Positions 62,013 through 64,000 of a stretch of DNA of 64,000 bases are shown in pieces. The position numbers and the translations under genes are program-made. This stretch comes from Octopus sinensis (Eukaryota): the NCBI RefSeq assembly GCF_006345805.1, contig NC_043005.1, forward strand, positions 63,798,001-63,862,000, written 5' to 3'. The notes beneath the pieces are model-generated. The model did no database searches. It saw only the letters and a program-made list of their open reading frames with translations, and was not told the origin of the DNA. The stretch's first letter is position 1. The number at the start of each line of letters is the position of its first letter.

Positions 62013-62323
62013 ATTTTTTTTCTCCCTTTTCAAGCCTAGCCAGGCTCATGAGCCCGGTTTCTCTGTTTCTGTGGCGTATGTGTTCCCCCAGCTGGACGGG
62101 ACGCCAGCCCATCGCAGCGTTACTCAAGAAACAGGAAGAAAGAGTGAGAGAAAGTTGGGGTGAAAGAATACAACAGGGGTCGCCACCACCCCACTGCCGG
62201 AGCCTCGTGGAGCTTTAGGTGTTTTCGCTCAATAAACACGCACAACGCCCAATCTGGGAATCGAAACCACGATCCTCCGACCGCGAGTCCGCTGCCCTAA
62301 GCACTGGGTCATTGCGCCTCCAC
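62013..62323 (-). mobile_element. tRNA-derived SINE family A, tail type 1, full length with target-site duplication
   Basis: Reverse-complement match to 3033-3340. TSD aggtttgactcaa (62000-62012) / aggtttggctcaa (62324-62336). Confidence 0.92.
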
Positions 62324-63968
62324 AGGTTTGGCTCAATAGCAGCACATAACAAATACAGAGAGTCTCTCCAAGCCCTAAATCATGAAAGATGAATTTGAAA
62401 ACCTTCATGAAATTTAAACCTAGAATTTAAAATTGAGATTCAAAATATTTCGAGTAACTTAGTAATATGTTTCGGCAATATTTTAACTCTGAAACTTTTT
62501 TTCCTTTGGCATCTTGCAAACATAAGTATACATAAATGCGTGGCGCAAGACACGCAGGGTGCCTGGTAAAATGCGTAGCGATATAATTTAATTTGTGTCA
62601 AAGTCAGACTGAAACAATGGCAAAGCGCGCAACACATTTATTGTCACATCAACCCTACAAAGCTCCGAGTCTTCCATATATTGCAATAAACATTAAACCT
62701 CTTTATTGCAGATCTACTTTCTATCTTAAGCAATTGCGTAAACCGTAATGCTTTTCTGAGGATGACTACACATTCTTTTATAAAACGATCTGATTCTCGT
62801 AACCAAGTGGAAAAAAACCGACAGACTAAAAAGTTCGCTTTATCAACACACTTCTATATCCCATATATAGTTTACATTAGCACTATCTCTTTTACCATGC
62901 CTATAATACTTTCTCCGACTTTGTATCACCGATCTAAAACTTCTGAAACACCATCCACCTCTGATATTCTGTATCTAAGCTGAAACTCCCAACACTAAAT
63001 TATATCGCCAAAGTCACTTTTCCCAATAATGATCAATATACAGGAGTTAAATATGAACATTAGTGACTCCTACTTCATCATTCAGGGCAGATATGAATTA
63101 ATTATTGTAGGTTGCTCTATCCTCTCATTGTTAATATACACATATTTCATAAAGAACAATACTGTGCAGAAATACGTATAAGTAATTGACTCTCAAGACA
63201 CAATGCGGAGTTGTAAATGACATTTATCTACGGTTTCATAGTGTTAAGAGGATGACCGATATATATTTTCAGTGCCGACATTAATTCAAATAAAACATCG
63301 AACACTGAGCTAAATTGATTGAATGTACTAAAAGTCGCCTTTCTTATAAACACGACGAACGACATTCAAACAAGGAATCGAAACCGATCACCTTTGAGGA
63401 GGAAGGTCAATTCGATATTCTCTTGGCTACCTGCGCCTACATATACGCTCAGACATGTCAATACGACAAACGTAAAATCAAGACAAGATTCACGTTGGTT
63501 CGTAAGTCTGATTGATGTATTTAATTTCTGTTCCTAAACATTAAGCAAATCGCACAGAAAAAATCCTGATGGACATGACACCAACTGGGAAACATTTGTT
63601 GGCATTCCAGACAATTTATGAAAATGTTCATTGCTTCATTGCCTAGACTGGAAAATGGTTAAATATCTTTGAAAAGTAGGAATAATTACATTGGTCGATT
63701 GCATTCTTCCCACGACACTACTGGTACATATCTAATTTAGAAGTATGGTTGGTTAAATTCTTTTGTATTCATATCTCATTTCAAATTATTGTATTTGAAT
63801 ATAGAAGATTAGTCTGCTATATTTTGTTTGTAACCCTACATCTCAATATCTTTACAATACACTAAAATATCAACAATTATACGTGTGTGGGTGTGCGTGT
63901 GTGTATGTGTGCGCGTATCGTCGCGTATACACACACATACATACATACATACATACACATATATATAT

Positions 63969-64000
<32 letters not shown>

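Overview
AT-rich, microsatellite-dense eukaryotic (animal) genomic DNA. It is most likely a cephalopod, probably Octopus; this is inferred from the tRNA-derived SINE families and microsatellite style, not from a database search. I found no supportable host protein-coding gene, rRNA, true tRNA or CRISPR array, and nearly all ORFs in the supplied track are translated microsatellites or chance frames. The window is a dense record of mobile DNA. It holds at least four recurring SINE families and LINE fragments of the CR1/L2, RTE and R4/Dong groups. It also holds three different Penelope-like element (PLE) fossils, Tc1 and hAT transposase remnants, palindromic MITE-like elements and several near-perfect microsatellite-bounded duplications that may be assembly artefacts. 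The most notable observations are: (1) two type-I hammerhead-ribozyme-like folds with long stem I and a palindromic stem III, at 35621-35705 and at 1842-1910 (the latter repeated at 2442-2510 in a 600-bp tandem unit); (2) an RTE LINE fragment with twin-priming-like inversion geometry and a 30-bp breakpoint duplication; (3) a LINE 3' end whose UTR matches the tail of the most common SINE, a candidate partner LINE; (4) modular head/tail swapping among the SINEs. All family assignments come from motif recognition by eye.
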